64,000 nt of DNA from an uncultured Ignavibacteria bacterium. GTDB lineage: Bacteria > Bacteroidota > Ignavibacteria > Tepidaquicellales > OLB5. This document shows positions 53,342 through 63,822 of the stretch, piece after piece. Within the stretch, counting starts at the first letter, position 1. Each line of letters begins with the position of its first letter. The notes beneath the pieces are model-generated. The model was not told the DNA's origin. It was given only the letters and a program-made list of their open reading frames with translations, and made no database searches. The position numbers were made by a program, and so were the translations under genes. The stretch covers positions 845,489 through 909,488 of the forward strand of contig CAWFKW010000003.1 in assembly GCA_963816535.1 (NCBI GenBank), given 5' to 3'.

Positions 53342-55873
53342 ATGAATAAATTTCTTAAAACTTTTCTTGGTATCGCGGTAATAATTATCCCTTTAGCCGT
53401 GCTATTCTTGTTCATTTTTAACGGCATGTCGAAGAAGTCTTTTTACCCCGTTCAGGGCGAAACAACGGTACAGGGCCTGAACTCGCCGGTAAAGATCTAT
53501 TTTGACGATTACGCCGTGCCGCATATATTCGCTGAAAACGAAAGAGACATGTATTTTACGATGGGCTACATGCATGCTCAGGACAGGCTATGGCAGATGG
53601 ACATTACCCGCCGTGTTGCAGAAGGAAGGCTTGCCGAAATCATGGGCGGCGGCGTATTGGAATTTGATAAGCTTTTCAGAACAATAGGAATTAATAAGTT
53701 TGCTTACCGATGGTATGAAAACATAAGCCCGAAGAGCAAAGAAATACTAGCTTACTATACAGACGGCGTAAATAAATTTATTGATACCCATTACAAAAAT
53801 CTGCCTGTTGAGTTTGACGCGCTGAATTATAAACCCGAACCATGGAAGCCCCAGCAGAGCCTTATGATAGCAAGGCTTATGGGATGGGACCTTAACATTG
53901 CCTGGTATACCGATTATGTTCTGGGCGAGATAGTTAATAAAGTCGGCCTTGAAAAAGCCGGCGAGATATTCCCTGACACAACGTTTTCGCTTTTCAAAAG
54001 ACCGATTGACACTTTAGCCGTTGAAGACACATCAAAAAGCGTCTCCGAAAATTCAGCGCCGGTTCTCAGGCTTCGGCAAACCGCGGCGCTCGGGCAGGGA
54101 TTTTTTGATTCATACCAGAATTACCGTTCGTATTTTAATATCAACTGCTCTCATACTGGCAGCAACGCGTGGGTAATATCCGGCGCGAAATCTTTAACAG
54201 GTAAACCCATACTTGCAAATGACCCCCATCTCGGTTTTCAGGCCCCTTCAAAATGGTACGAACTGGATATGAATAGCGGACAAACCGCCGTGAGAGGAAT
54301 GTCAATAGCAGGCGTTCCCGGAATTGTGATCGGCAATAACCGATTCATCAGCTGGGGCATAACCAACCTGATGAACGACGACAATGATTTTATAATTCTT
54401 CAGAAAGACTCGGTGAACGCCAATAAATATTATTACAAAAACCAGCCTTACACGCTCGACTCGGTTGTTGAGAAGATCGGCGTAAAAGATTCTGTTGAGG
54501 CGGATTACACGGTTAAGATGACTAAAATAGGGCCCGTTATATCAGGGCTTAATGAAAGAGGGTTTGCCGGTTACGGAAATCCGGATAAAGAAAACGCTTA
54601 CAAAGATAAACTAATGACCTTCAGGTGGACGGGCTTTGAATATTCAGACGAGGTTAACACTTTTTATAAATTAGATAATGCAAGAACGTGGGATGAATTC
54701 AAGGAAGGGCTGAAAGATTTCAGCGTTCCCGCTTCGAACTTTGTCTATGCAGATGTAGGCGGAAACATTGGCTACCACGCTGCGGGTAAAATACCGGAAA
54801 GAAGAACCCCGAATAATACAAGCTACATTTTCCCGTCATCAGGCGAACTTGACTGGGACGGCTTTGTTGATTTTGACAGGCTGCCAAACGATTACAATCC
54901 AAAAGAAGGTTACATAGCGAGCGCCAATACAAACCCGTTCGATATACTCAAAACTGAGCCGAAGAACAGGTATTATATTGGGTATCTGTGGGAACCATCC
55001 TCAAGATATGATAAAATAAAGAACTGGCTTGACGGCAAGTCAAAGCTTGATATTGATGAGTTCCAGCTTATGCAGATGAACTATGAATCGCCTTATGCAA
55101 AAGAAATTGGCGTGTACATTGAAGAGGCTTATAAGAACTACAGCGGAAACGACAACGATATTAAATGGTGCATTGAAAGATTTAAGAACTGGGACGGAGA
55201 GATGAAGCCTTCGAACCCTCTGGGCTCGGTATATAACGCTTTCTTCACCTACCTGCTGCGCAACACTTACCTTGACCAGCTTGGCGACAAAGTATTCTAT
55301 GATTTTCTTATCGTCCAGAATATTCCCTATAGGGCGACGCTTAACCTTCTGAGGAACGGAAAATCGATCTGGTTCGATAATATTAACACCGCGGCTGTTG
55401 AAAAAAGGAACGATATAATCAGAAAAAGCCTGCAGGACGCGTTGGTATTTCTGAGAACAAAGTTTTCTAACCAAGACATAAACACCTGGGACTGGGGGGA
55501 GATACATAAAGCAAAATTCCGCCACCCGCTCGGGATTGTGCCGGCATTTGATAAGATATTCAACATCGGGCCGTTTGATGTAGGCGGCGACCAAACTACA
55601 ATAAACAACTCTGAATATAGCTTTAATGAAGTAATGAAAAACGGCGACTTCACGAATATACTTGGCCCATCGATGAGAATAATCGTAAGCATGGCCGACC
55701 CTGAGCGTTCGCTCTCGGTAAATACTACCGGCCAATCAGGGCAGCCGCTGCATCCGAATTACCAGGACCAGGCAAGGCTGTGGCAGTTTGGCGAATACAA
55801 GTATAACACAATGAGCCAATTAGAAATGATAGCTAAAGAGTATAAGCTACTGACTCTGCTTCCCGGAAATTAA
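53342..55873 (+). CDS. penicillin acylase family (Ntn hydrolase, S45)
   Basis: MGYMHAQDRLWQMD, and the nucleophile region GSNAWVISG. Confidence 0.9.
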   Translation: MNKFLKTFLGIAVIIIPLAVLFLFIFNGMSKKSFYPVQGETTVQGLNSPVKIYFDDYAVPHIFAENERDMYFTMGYMHAQDRLWQMDITRRVAEGRLAEIMGGGVLEFDKLFRTIGINKFAYRWYENISPKSKEILAYYTDGVNKFIDTHYKNLPVEFDALNYKPEPWKPQQSLMIARLMGWDLNIAWYTDYVLGEIVNKVGLEKAGEIFPDTTFSLFKRPIDTLAVEDTSKSVSENSAPVLRLRQTAALGQGFFDSYQNYRSYFNINCSHTGSNAWVISGAKSLTGKPILANDPHLGFQAPSKWYELDMNSGQTAVRGMSIAGVPGIVIGNNRFISWGITNLMNDDNDFIILQKDSVNANKYYYKNQPYTLDSVVEKIGVKDSVEADYTVKMTKIGPVISGLNERGFAGYGNPDKENAYKDKLMTFRWTGFEYSDEVNTFYKLDNARTWDEFKEGLKDFSVPASNFVYADVGGNIGYHAAGKIPERRTPNNTSYIFPSSGELDWDGFVDFDRLPNDYNPKEGYIASANTNPFDILKTEPKNRYYIGYLWEPSSRYDKIKNWLDGKSKLDIDEFQLMQMNYESPYAKEIGVYIEEAYKNYSGNDNDIKWCIERFKNWDGEMKPSNPLGSVYNAFFTYLLRNTYLDQLGDKVFYDFLIVQNIPYRATLNLLRNGKSIWFDNINTAAVEKRNDIIRKSLQDALVFLRTKFSNQDINTWDWGEIHKAKFRHPLGIVPAFDKIFNIGPFDVGGDQTTINNSEYSFNEVMKNGDFTNILGPSMRIIVSMADPERSLSVNTTGQSGQPLHPNYQDQARLWQFGEYKYNTMSQLEMIAKEYKLLTLLPGN

Positions 55874-55874
55874 A

Positions 55875-56690
55875 ATGACTCCGGACACATCAGAATTCAA
55901 AACCCGTCCCAAAAAATCGCTTGGACAGAATTACCTGAAGGACGATAACATTTGCAGGAACATCGTTAGATCATTTGAAATCGGCTATAAGGATTATGTT
56001 CTTGAAATCGGCCCCGGCCGCGGAGCCATTACAAAATATATACTTGAAAAGACAGATAACGTGGTTGCCGTTGAACTGGATAAGATTAACTGCGCATTGT
56101 TAAAGGAACAATTTCCCAGCCTGAAGCTGCTTAGTAATGACTTTTTGAAAATCGATTTAGAAAATATCAGGAAATCTCAATTCGAAAATCTCAATTCGAA
56201 ACTCCGGATTCTCGGCAATATCCCGTATAATATTACCACCGAGATAATATTCAAGCTTATTGATAACAGAACTCTGATAAAAGACGCTCAAATAATGGTC
56301 CAGGAAGAAGTAGCGCAAAGACTTGTCGCTTCGCCAAATTCGAAAGAATACGGGATACCCTCAGTGTTTGTTCAGATCTTTACTAAGCCCAAACTAATAT
56401 TTAAAGTATCAAGAAATTGTTTTTATCCAAAGCCCCGGGTTGATTCACGGATTATTCATTTTGATTTCGATAATAAGCTGCAGGATAAAATTAAAGACAT
56501 AGATTTCTTTAAGAAGTTTGTAAAAGCGGCATTTGGCAACCGCCGCAAGACGCTTAGAAACTCGTTAAAGAAGCTGGAACTGAATCTTGGCGCCGTTGAT
56601 TTTGATTTCGGCAGGCGCGCAGAAAGCTTATCGATATATGAATTCATAGAATTGAGTAATAGATTGATACCTTACCCCGTCACTTCGTGA
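55875..56690 (+). CDS. rsmA: 16S rRNA (adenine1518/1519-N6)-dimethyltransferase
   Basis: PKKSLGQNYLKDDNICRNIV, EIGPGRGAIT and GNIPYNITT. Confidence 0.95.
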   Translation: MTPDTSEFKTRPKKSLGQNYLKDDNICRNIVRSFEIGYKDYVLEIGPGRGAITKYILEKTDNVVAVELDKINCALLKEQFPSLKLLSNDFLKIDLENIRKSQFENLNSKLRILGNIPYNITTEIIFKLIDNRTLIKDAQIMVQEEVAQRLVASPNSKEYGIPSVFVQIFTKPKLIFKVSRNCFYPKPRVDSRIIHFDFDNKLQDKIKDIDFFKKFVKAAFGNRRKTLRNSLKKLELNLGAVDFDFGRRAESLSIYEFIELSNRLIPYPVTS

Positions 56691-56692
56691 CA

Positions 56693-56750
56693 CCCCTCTC
56701 CATATGGAGAGGGGAAGCTCGCTTTGGCGCGCAGGGGTGAGGTATATAAG
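56693..56750. repeat. REP-like hairpin CCCCTCTCC-ATAT-GGAGAGGGG plus a downstream CAGGGGTGAGG tail
   Basis: The stem occupies 56693-56701 / 56706-56714 and begins 3 nt after the rsmA stop codon. Confidence 0.8.
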
Positions 56751-56763
56751 CTTTTTGGGCTTT

Positions 56764-56815
56764 AACCTGTAACTTGCAACCTGTAACTTGCAATCAGGAG
56801 GCAGTAACTTGCAAC
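56764..56815. repeat. heptamer-periodic microarray (AACCTGTAACTTGC x2, then AATCAGGAGGCAGTAACTTGCAAC)
   Basis: Read directly from the sequence, between rsmA and mfd. Confidence 0.8.
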
Positions 56816-56848
56816 CCATGTGGCGCCTGAGAGACCCATGATTGTGAT

Positions 56849-59800
56849 TTGATAGAATTAGCGAACAAAATATTTTCATCGCGTGAATTTAACGAGCTGA
56901 GAAATTCAGCAGGGAAAGACTGTTTCCTCACAGGCGTAAGCGGCTCATTTAACGCATTTATTGTATCACACTTATACCTTAACTCTAACAGGAAGATAGT
57001 TTATTGCTCCGCTGAGGCTCAAAAGCTCTTCAAACTTAAGGATGACCTGAACTTTATCATTGGAGATGAAGCAGCGTCAGTGTATTTAGACAAATTTGAT
57101 GAGGAATATGAAGGCGACATCACTCCCCTTTCAACAACGCTTAAACGGCTTTCAACAGATGACGGTTATATAATCCTGCTGGACCCGCCGGTGTTTCACA
57201 AACCCATCATCGGCGAGAGCGCCTTCAAGAGCAAGATCATAAACATCAAAAAGGGAGACGCGCTCAATTTTGACGAATTGATCTCACGGCTGCGGGTATT
57301 TAACTTCGCCCGCAAACAGGTTGTTGAGGAGGAAAACGATTATGCGGTTCGGGGCGGGATACTTGATATATTTCCTGAGAATCTTTCACAGCCGGTGAGG
57401 ATAGAGTTCTACGGAAACATAATTGAATCTATAAGGGAATTTGACGCGGGCACACAGCGTTCCATCGCGCAAATTGACGCTGTCGAAATTCTTCCTTCGC
57501 TCGATGAATTCGAAAACATACCTTCCGAAACCGCTAAGCTGATGGATTATATAGGCAAAGATGCGCTGCTGCTTCTTGATGAGCCGGACCTGATAAAGAA
57601 CGATCATGAAGATATCTTTCAGGAACTTCTGAAATTTCCAACGTCGTTTTTCTCAGGATTTTCGCTTAATAAATCGGAATCTGTTCAGGGTCTGAACGCA
57701 ATAAGGGAAATTGTTTTCAATTCAAAGCCACAGCCGCCGTTCAATTCAAATACAAAATTACTTTTTGAAAACCTGGAAGGACTCGCCCGGAAGTCTTATC
57801 AAATTTATATCACATGCACCGACGATTACCAGTCAAAACGCTTCAAAGAGCTTGTAGACGACCATGATGAAGACGGGGCCCTTGCTGATATTATTTATCT
57901 TGATAACTCATTTCATGAAGGGTTTCTTCTGCCTGAGGAGAACATTGCCGTTTATACCGAGCATGGGATTTATGACAGGTTCTACAGAACGGCAAAACGA
58001 AAGAGAAGATTTGCGGGCATCACTTTCAAAGACCTCGGCAAAGTCAACAACGGCGATTTCATGGTGCACCGCGATTTTGGAATAGGCAAATACGCAGGCA
58101 TGAGAAAAGTTAAGACCGGCGGAATCGAGCATGAAGCCGTAAAGCTGCTGTATAAAGATAACGACGTGGTGTTTGTCAACCTGAACTCGCTTCACCTGAT
58201 AAAAAAATATTCAGCGCAGGAAGGCTATGTGCCCAAGCTTAACAAGCTGGGAGGATATGAATGGGAAAAAACAAAACAGCGCACAAAGAAAAAGATACAG
58301 GATATTGCCCGCGATCTTATTCTGCTTTATTCAAAACGAAAAAAGCAAAAAGGATTTAGGTTCTCTGCCGATTCAGTATGGCAAAAAGAGCTGGAAGCAA
58401 GCTTTATTTACGAGGATACGCCGGACCAGGTAACTGCGACCAAAGAAGTTAAGAGCGACATGGAGGCTGAGATCCCAATGGACAGGCTTGTTTGCGGCGA
58501 TGTTGGCTTTGGGAAAACCGAGGTCGCGGTTCGGGCAGCGTTCAAATGCGTATTGGATAACAAGCAGGCTGCCGTACTGGTGCCAACAACTATTCTAGCC
58601 GAGCAGCATTATAACACATTTAAAGACAGGCTCTCAAACTGGGCGGTTGAAGTTGAACACATATCAAGATTTAAAAGCCGTAAAGAACAAACCGAAGTTC
58701 TCAAAAGGCTTGAAGACGGGAAACTTAACATTATTATTGGCACGCACCGCCTGCTATCAAAAGATGTTAAGTTCAGGGACCTTGGCTTATTAATTATTGA
58801 CGAAGAACAGCGTTTCGGAGTGAAGTCAAAGGAAAAACTCAAGTTCATGCGGGAGAACGTTGATGTATTAACGCTTACCGCGACTCCTATCCCCCGCACT
58901 TTGAATTTTTCTCTGCTTGGCGCAAGAGACCTATCGATAATCAACACGCCGCCTAAAAACCGCCAGCCGATACATACCGAGATAATCAATTTTGATAAGA
59001 AAACTATCGGCAATGCAGTGCTAAGAGAACTTCAGCGCGGAGGGCAGGTGTATTTGGTTAACGACAGAATCGCAAAACTGGAAGAACTTGCATTTATGAT
59101 AGAAGAGCTTGTTCCGTTCGCAAAAGTTGCAATAGCGCACGGACAAATGACGGCGCCGCAGCTTGAAAAAGTTATGATGAAGTTCCTCGAAAAGAAATTT
59201 AACGTGCTGGTATGCACTAAGATCATTGAATCAGGGCTTGATATACCCACAGTAAATACAATTATTATCAATCGCGCAGATCATTTCGGGCTTGCTGAAT
59301 TATATCAGTTACGCGGACGCGTTGGGCGCTCGAACACTAAATCATACGCATTCTTAATAACGCCGCCGCAAAGCGTGTTAACAAAACAGGCTGTCCGGAG
59401 GCTCCATGCGCTTGAGGAATTTTCGGATCTGGGCTCAGGGATGAATCTTGCGCTCCGCGACCTGGAAATACGGGGCGCGGGAAATTTGCTCGGCGGCGAG
59501 CAAAGCGGCTTTATCTCTGAAATGGGATTCGATATGTACATGCAGATACTTGACGAAGCGGTCACCGAGCTGAAAGAATCAGAATTGGGGATGGCGCTTA
59601 CCGATATAATTCCCAAAGCTCCGGCAAGCAAAAAGAAGATAAAAGAAGTTACAATTGAATCCGATGTGGCTATGCTGATTCCTGATTATTATGTTGACGA
59701 TGAAAACACAAGACTGGAAGTTTACCAGAGGCTCGCGAATGTTACTTCGCTTGAAGAACTTGATTCGATAAAAGCTGAACTGCTTGACAGGTTCGGGAAA

Positions 59801-60136
59801 TTCCCTGATGAAACCACTTCGCTCTTTGATCATATCACTATTAAAGTTCTTTGCGGCGAAAAAGGGTTCAGTAAAATTTCAATTCATGCAAATATTCTTG
59901 AGCTGCATATGAATCCTGATAACGAAGAAATCTTCACAAGCGGGTATTTTGAAAAACTGGTTAACTTTATTTCTAATCCCCCCTTTTCTTCTCAAAGGGG
60001 GGCAGGGGGGTTCACATCGCAGCTGGTACAAACAAAATTCTCTCTTTATGTAAAATTCCGCCTGCCCCTCGCAGATCATTCATTGCAAAAGCTTGATGAA
60101 GTAATGAAAATTGTAGAGGAGCTACATCGGTTATAA
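56849..60136 (+). CDS. mfd: transcription-repair coupling factor
   Basis: 1095 aa with a UvrB-homology N-terminus, CarD/RID (FMVHRDFGIGKYAG), SF2 helicase motifs (GDVGFGKTEV, DEEQRFG, QLRGRVGRS) and a TRCF C-terminus. TTG start. Confidence 0.95.
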   Translation: MIELANKIFSSREFNELRNSAGKDCFLTGVSGSFNAFIVSHLYLNSNRKIVYCSAEAQKLFKLKDDLNFIIGDEAASVYLDKFDEEYEGDITPLSTTLKRLSTDDGYIILLDPPVFHKPIIGESAFKSKIINIKKGDALNFDELISRLRVFNFARKQVVEEENDYAVRGGILDIFPENLSQPVRIEFYGNIIESIREFDAGTQRSIAQIDAVEILPSLDEFENIPSETAKLMDYIGKDALLLLDEPDLIKNDHEDIFQELLKFPTSFFSGFSLNKSESVQGLNAIREIVFNSKPQPPFNSNTKLLFENLEGLARKSYQIYITCTDDYQSKRFKELVDDHDEDGALADIIYLDNSFHEGFLLPEENIAVYTEHGIYDRFYRTAKRKRRFAGITFKDLGKVNNGDFMVHRDFGIGKYAGMRKVKTGGIEHEAVKLLYKDNDVVFVNLNSLHLIKKYSAQEGYVPKLNKLGGYEWEKTKQRTKKKIQDIARDLILLYSKRKKQKGFRFSADSVWQKELEASFIYEDTPDQVTATKEVKSDMEAEIPMDRLVCGDVGFGKTEVAVRAAFKCVLDNKQAAVLVPTTILAEQHYNTFKDRLSNWAVEVEHISRFKSRKEQTEVLKRLEDGKLNIIIGTHRLLSKDVKFRDLGLLIIDEEQRFGVKSKEKLKFMRENVDVLTLTATPIPRTLNFSLLGARDLSIINTPPKNRQPIHTEIINFDKKTIGNAVLRELQRGGQVYLVNDRIAKLEELAFMIEELVPFAKVAIAHGQMTAPQLEKVMMKFLEKKFNVLVCTKIIESGLDIPTVNTIIINRADHFGLAELYQLRGRVGRSNTKSYAFLITPPQSVLTKQAVRRLHALEEFSDLGSGMNLALRDLEIRGAGNLLGGEQSGFISEMGFDMYMQILDEAVTELKESELGMALTDIIPKAPASKKKIKEVTIESDVAMLIPDYYVDDENTRLEVYQRLANVTSLEELDSIKAELLDRFGKFPDETTSLFDHITIKVLCGEKGFSKISIHANILELHMNPDNEEIFTSGYFEKLVNFISNPPFSSQRGAGGFTSQLVQTKFSLYVKFRLPLADHSLQKLDEVMKIVEELHRL

Positions 60137-60240
60137 GGAAAAAACAGCCACAAAGTTGAAGCGAAGCGAAAACCCGCCTTTGGAGGGACACACGAAGAAA
60201 ATAAAACAGTAATTTTATATTCCTAATTAAACCTCACTAA

Positions 60241-60268
60241 TGTCATTCCCGCGAAGGCGGGAATCCAG
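60241..60268. repeat. REP-like hairpin GTCATTCCCGC-GAAG-GCGGGAATCCAG
   Basis: 8-bp stem 60245-60252 / 60257-60264. It is the inverse-orientation counterpart of the 13545-13573 element. Confidence 0.7.
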
Positions 60269-60450
60269 ATCACAATTTCAGATAGCAAAATTATTTTGCC
60301 CCTACAAGAAATTAATGCAACGAAGACACTAATTTACACAAACATTTAACGCAGAGTAACAAAGAAATATAATATTTAATGGAAGCAATTAATTTACTAA
60401 AAGGTTAAATGATAGTAATTGTTTGTCAATCAGAACCACTAAAAAGTAAA

Positions 60451-63400
60451 TTATTCATTAATCATACTTGAAATCCTATTTTTAAGTTCATTATCAGTTA
60501 GTGAATTATTTATTTCGTTAATTTTTTCTTTAATCTTATTAGAAGATTCATTATTCTGATATTGTCTCAAATATGCATCTACTTCATGAATCCATTTATC
60601 TGCATTTACATTAATTATTTCTTCCTTAATGCCGAACTCAATAAAGAAATCAATTTTAACTTGTTGATTTGAATTTAGTTGGTCCAAAAGCTCATCAACA
60701 ATTTCATTTCGGTCGGAACTTTTCATAAATTGCAGATTCATCATAACAAACTCTGTATCTGGCCCTTTCTTCAAATCAATTTTGATTTGATCCCAGACAT
60801 AATTAAGAGCTCTTTCTTTCGCTTCATTTGATAAATTATCAAATAAGGCAAATCTAAATTTTGATAACTCTGCTTTAAAGGTTTCAGTGTCAATATCTTT
60901 AAGACTTCTGAGAATAGGACTTAGTAATGTATCCTTATCGTTTTGAGTTATCCTAGAATCTCTATTCATTAACTCCATGCTGTAAGATAAAAATGCGTCC
61001 CTATCTAAGGATGTTGCATTACCCCAGAAATCTTTATTCAAAAATTGCTCTAAAGCATTCTTAATTATTGGTTTATTATCGTCAATTCTATCCACTTTAT
61101 CTATTAGCACTTCATTGACAAACCTTACAATATATTTTGCATATAATTCTTTGGATTTCCAATAACTTTCAAATAAATATTTAAGAATATCTTTGCTTTG
61201 GAAATTATATATTTTTTCAATAAGTTCGTAAATAATTCCTTTCCACTTTTCTTCAGTATTTCCCAAGTCTGAAGCCTCATTTGATGCTGCGGAATCGAAC
61301 ATTGTTGAATTGAAGAGTGGGAATTTACCAAATTTAGAACGTTTGAACTCCTTTTCATACAATTCTGGATCTACTTGTATGGCTTCAGTTAATTTCTTTC
61401 TTATGATTTTTCGTTTATCTTCTTCTAAAACTTTATATAATTCAACAAAACCACTGAACCATTCTGCATCTATATCATACTCATTTTCCCATTTTGAACT
61501 TTCTTTAATTAAAGTATCAAATACTTGATTTGCAACTTCTTTACTAATATTAACATTAGAATTTAAAACCCAATTCAGAACTACATTCGGAGGATAAAGA
61601 GGGTCTTCTACATCCACTTTACTAAAATCATTCGTCAGACATTCAATTGATTTAGCAAACAGGTTATTGAGTATTTCTTTATCTGCTATTTCACTAAGTC
61701 TGGCAATTAAAAGCCCAACCGAATAGCTTGTTTTCGAAATTTCAGGAGTCAAACCATTTACTGCATTCCTTAATATTTTTTTGCTTTTTATTATTTCTGG
61801 AATATTTCCCTCTGTGGGTAAAAGCCATTCCCACAAACTCTCTAAGTAATCTTTACTTGATAAGTTAATTAATATCAATTTACTCAATAGTTCTCTATAA
61901 TGCTCAATTATTTCAATTCCTAAAATTGAAATATTTTCGTTTACTCCTTTGATATGAGGTTGAATTTTATTCCAATAGTTGGGAAGAGTATTATTTACAT
62001 CTAGAGTTACATTTGAAAATAAAGGAATTAACCTACTGTATATTATTCTTGCTACAGTTTTGAGTTTTTCGTAACTAATTTTTGGAATATCGCCTTTACC
62101 CAAACGCCAAATCGATGGGTTTATATTTTCCCCCAGCCCAAGTAAAACATCCGAAGGAATGGATTCAAATAAAGAGCCAATCATTACATCCAATCTAAAT
62201 TCAATTTTTTCATTAACGTTTTGTAAAGCACTAATAAGATTTTCTCTTAAAGTAAGGGGTGTCACTAAATTATTCAGTCTTATCTTAGTTTCAATTTCAA
62301 AATTTCCCAAAAACCCATCCTTTTCAATATTAATCTTTATTAAATCCAATGCGTTTTCCTCATCTTTTCTCATCAGTGAAGCAATAATTTTATCGAATAG
62401 TTCCGAACTTGCATTGCCAGAAAACGTAAAAAATAAATCTGCATTCTCATTTGTAATTCTATTGGTTGCATCAAGGAAATTTCTCAATCTGTAACCATCT
62501 GTTGGCTCATCAAGTATTTCTTCTAATTCTTTGTCATTCAAGAACTGACTATCAAAATCTAAATTCTTCCTGTATTGTTCTAGGTTGTTAAATGACCCGA
62601 TATTATTCAAAAAGTATTTATAAGCTTTAGGATAATAGTTTTGGATTATGAGGATTTTCAACAAAAACCCTAAATCCTTTGAAATTCTATCTTTTGGCAA
62701 TGACTGCATATCACCGTCTGCTTTTTCTAAATCTAACGCTAAATTATAACTAGCCACAAGATTATTTAGAATTTGCTTAGCCCTTCTCGGATTGTTCATA
62801 AATTTTGTAAATAAAATTGCTTGGAAGTTTGTTATATCAACTGAATTATTAATTCCAATTTTCTCTGCAAGGTCTTTAATGTAGTCTAACAAATACTCAG
62901 CATAAACTGGTCTCAAATAAATCTCGACATTGAATAATTTTCTCAAAAATTCATCCTCATCAATTACATCTTTCCCATCTTTTTCACCCATTCCTTTGCT
63001 GATATGGTTCTTTATTTTTTCATGATCGCATGGTATAAGATAAATACAATCATTAACCCCCAAAAAAGTACTAATCCCAGTTAATACTTCCAAAACTTTA
63101 GAACTTTGACACCTATCTAAATTGTCAATTATAAAAACTTTCCTATGGTCCTTTATTGAAGGGTGATTTATGGCTTGTTTAAACATATCTTCAAATTGTT
63201 CTGGTGAGTTGGGCTTTTCAGTGTCTTTAACTATAGTAGTGACTACGCCTTTACTTCTGATTGAAGTTATAACTGCAATAATTACAGGTAATATTGCTTT
63301 ACTTATTAGATCAATCCAGTCTTTGCATGCAAAACCAATCGGGGGGTAAAAATACTTAATTAAAAAAAGTCCAGTTAAAACCGGGATTAACCAGTAGAAA

Positions 63401-63822
63401 TTCTTACTAAATATTTTCCATGAAAATTTAGTAGTATATTGGGCTCCTTCATGTGTATTAATATATAACTTTTCATTGAATTTTAAATCATTGTTGAACC
63501 ATTCCTTGTCAATTCTCAACAATATTTGCCTTCGCAATGAATCAGCAGAATATTTCCAGACATCAAAATTCAAATATTTTATTTTCTTATTCTCTTTTTT
63601 ATCCAATTCCACACATAGTGCATTTACAATACCTGTTTTACCCGTTCCCCAACCTCCAAAAAGTCCAATGCAAAAAGGAGCAGGACATTCCTTAATGGTT
63701 TCCATTAATGCATTTATGTATCCGGAATGTTTAAAAATATCCTTTGGGTGTTCATCTTTTCCCCAATATGCATCAAACCTTGGTAAATCTCGTAAATATT
63801 TTAAGTGATTAGCCATAACCAA
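60451..63822 (-). CDS. KAP-family P-loop NTPase, 1123 aa, with TM helices inserted in the NTPase domain
   Basis: Walker A GLFGGWGTGKTG. Hydrophobic helices FYWLIPVLTGLFLIKYFY and ILPVIIAVITSI. Walker B-like VFIIDNLDRC. The long helical C-terminal region has no recognised domain. Confidence 0.85.
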   Translation of the reverse strand: MVMANHLKYLRDLPRFDAYWGKDEHPKDIFKHSGYINALMETIKECPAPFCIGLFGGWGTGKTGIVNALCVELDKKENKKIKYLNFDVWKYSADSLRRQILLRIDKEWFNNDLKFNEKLYINTHEGAQYTTKFSWKIFSKNFYWLIPVLTGLFLIKYFYPPIGFACKDWIDLISKAILPVIIAVITSIRSKGVVTTIVKDTEKPNSPEQFEDMFKQAINHPSIKDHRKVFIIDNLDRCQSSKVLEVLTGISTFLGVNDCIYLIPCDHEKIKNHISKGMGEKDGKDVIDEDEFLRKLFNVEIYLRPVYAEYLLDYIKDLAEKIGINNSVDITNFQAILFTKFMNNPRRAKQILNNLVASYNLALDLEKADGDMQSLPKDRISKDLGFLLKILIIQNYYPKAYKYFLNNIGSFNNLEQYRKNLDFDSQFLNDKELEEILDEPTDGYRLRNFLDATNRITNENADLFFTFSGNASSELFDKIIASLMRKDEENALDLIKINIEKDGFLGNFEIETKIRLNNLVTPLTLRENLISALQNVNEKIEFRLDVMIGSLFESIPSDVLLGLGENINPSIWRLGKGDIPKISYEKLKTVARIIYSRLIPLFSNVTLDVNNTLPNYWNKIQPHIKGVNENISILGIEIIEHYRELLSKLILINLSSKDYLESLWEWLLPTEGNIPEIIKSKKILRNAVNGLTPEISKTSYSVGLLIARLSEIADKEILNNLFAKSIECLTNDFSKVDVEDPLYPPNVVLNWVLNSNVNISKEVANQVFDTLIKESSKWENEYDIDAEWFSGFVELYKVLEEDKRKIIRKKLTEAIQVDPELYEKEFKRSKFGKFPLFNSTMFDSAASNEASDLGNTEEKWKGIIYELIEKIYNFQSKDILKYLFESYWKSKELYAKYIVRFVNEVLIDKVDRIDDNKPIIKNALEQFLNKDFWGNATSLDRDAFLSYSMELMNRDSRITQNDKDTLLSPILRSLKDIDTETFKAELSKFRFALFDNLSNEAKERALNYVWDQIKIDLKKGPDTEFVMMNLQFMKSSDRNEIVDELLDQLNSNQQVKIDFFIEFGIKEEIINVNADKWIHEVDAYLRQYQNNESSNKIKEKINEINNSLTDNELKNRISSMINE

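Noticed and set aside
55040-55735. 231-aa minus-strand ORF inside the penicillin acylase gene
   Set aside because: It is antisense to a strongly supported 843-aa gene and is a typical shadow ORF.
56628-56879. 83-aa minus-strand ORF spanning the rsmA-mfd spacer
   Set aside because: It consists of translated REP hairpin and heptamer array (..PLSIWRGV..), so it is not credible as a gene.
60137-60450. Possible tRNA or att site at the island boundary next to mfd
   Set aside because: I could find no cloverleaf-compatible sequence or T-loop (GTTCGAATC-like) motif there, only the REP hairpin.
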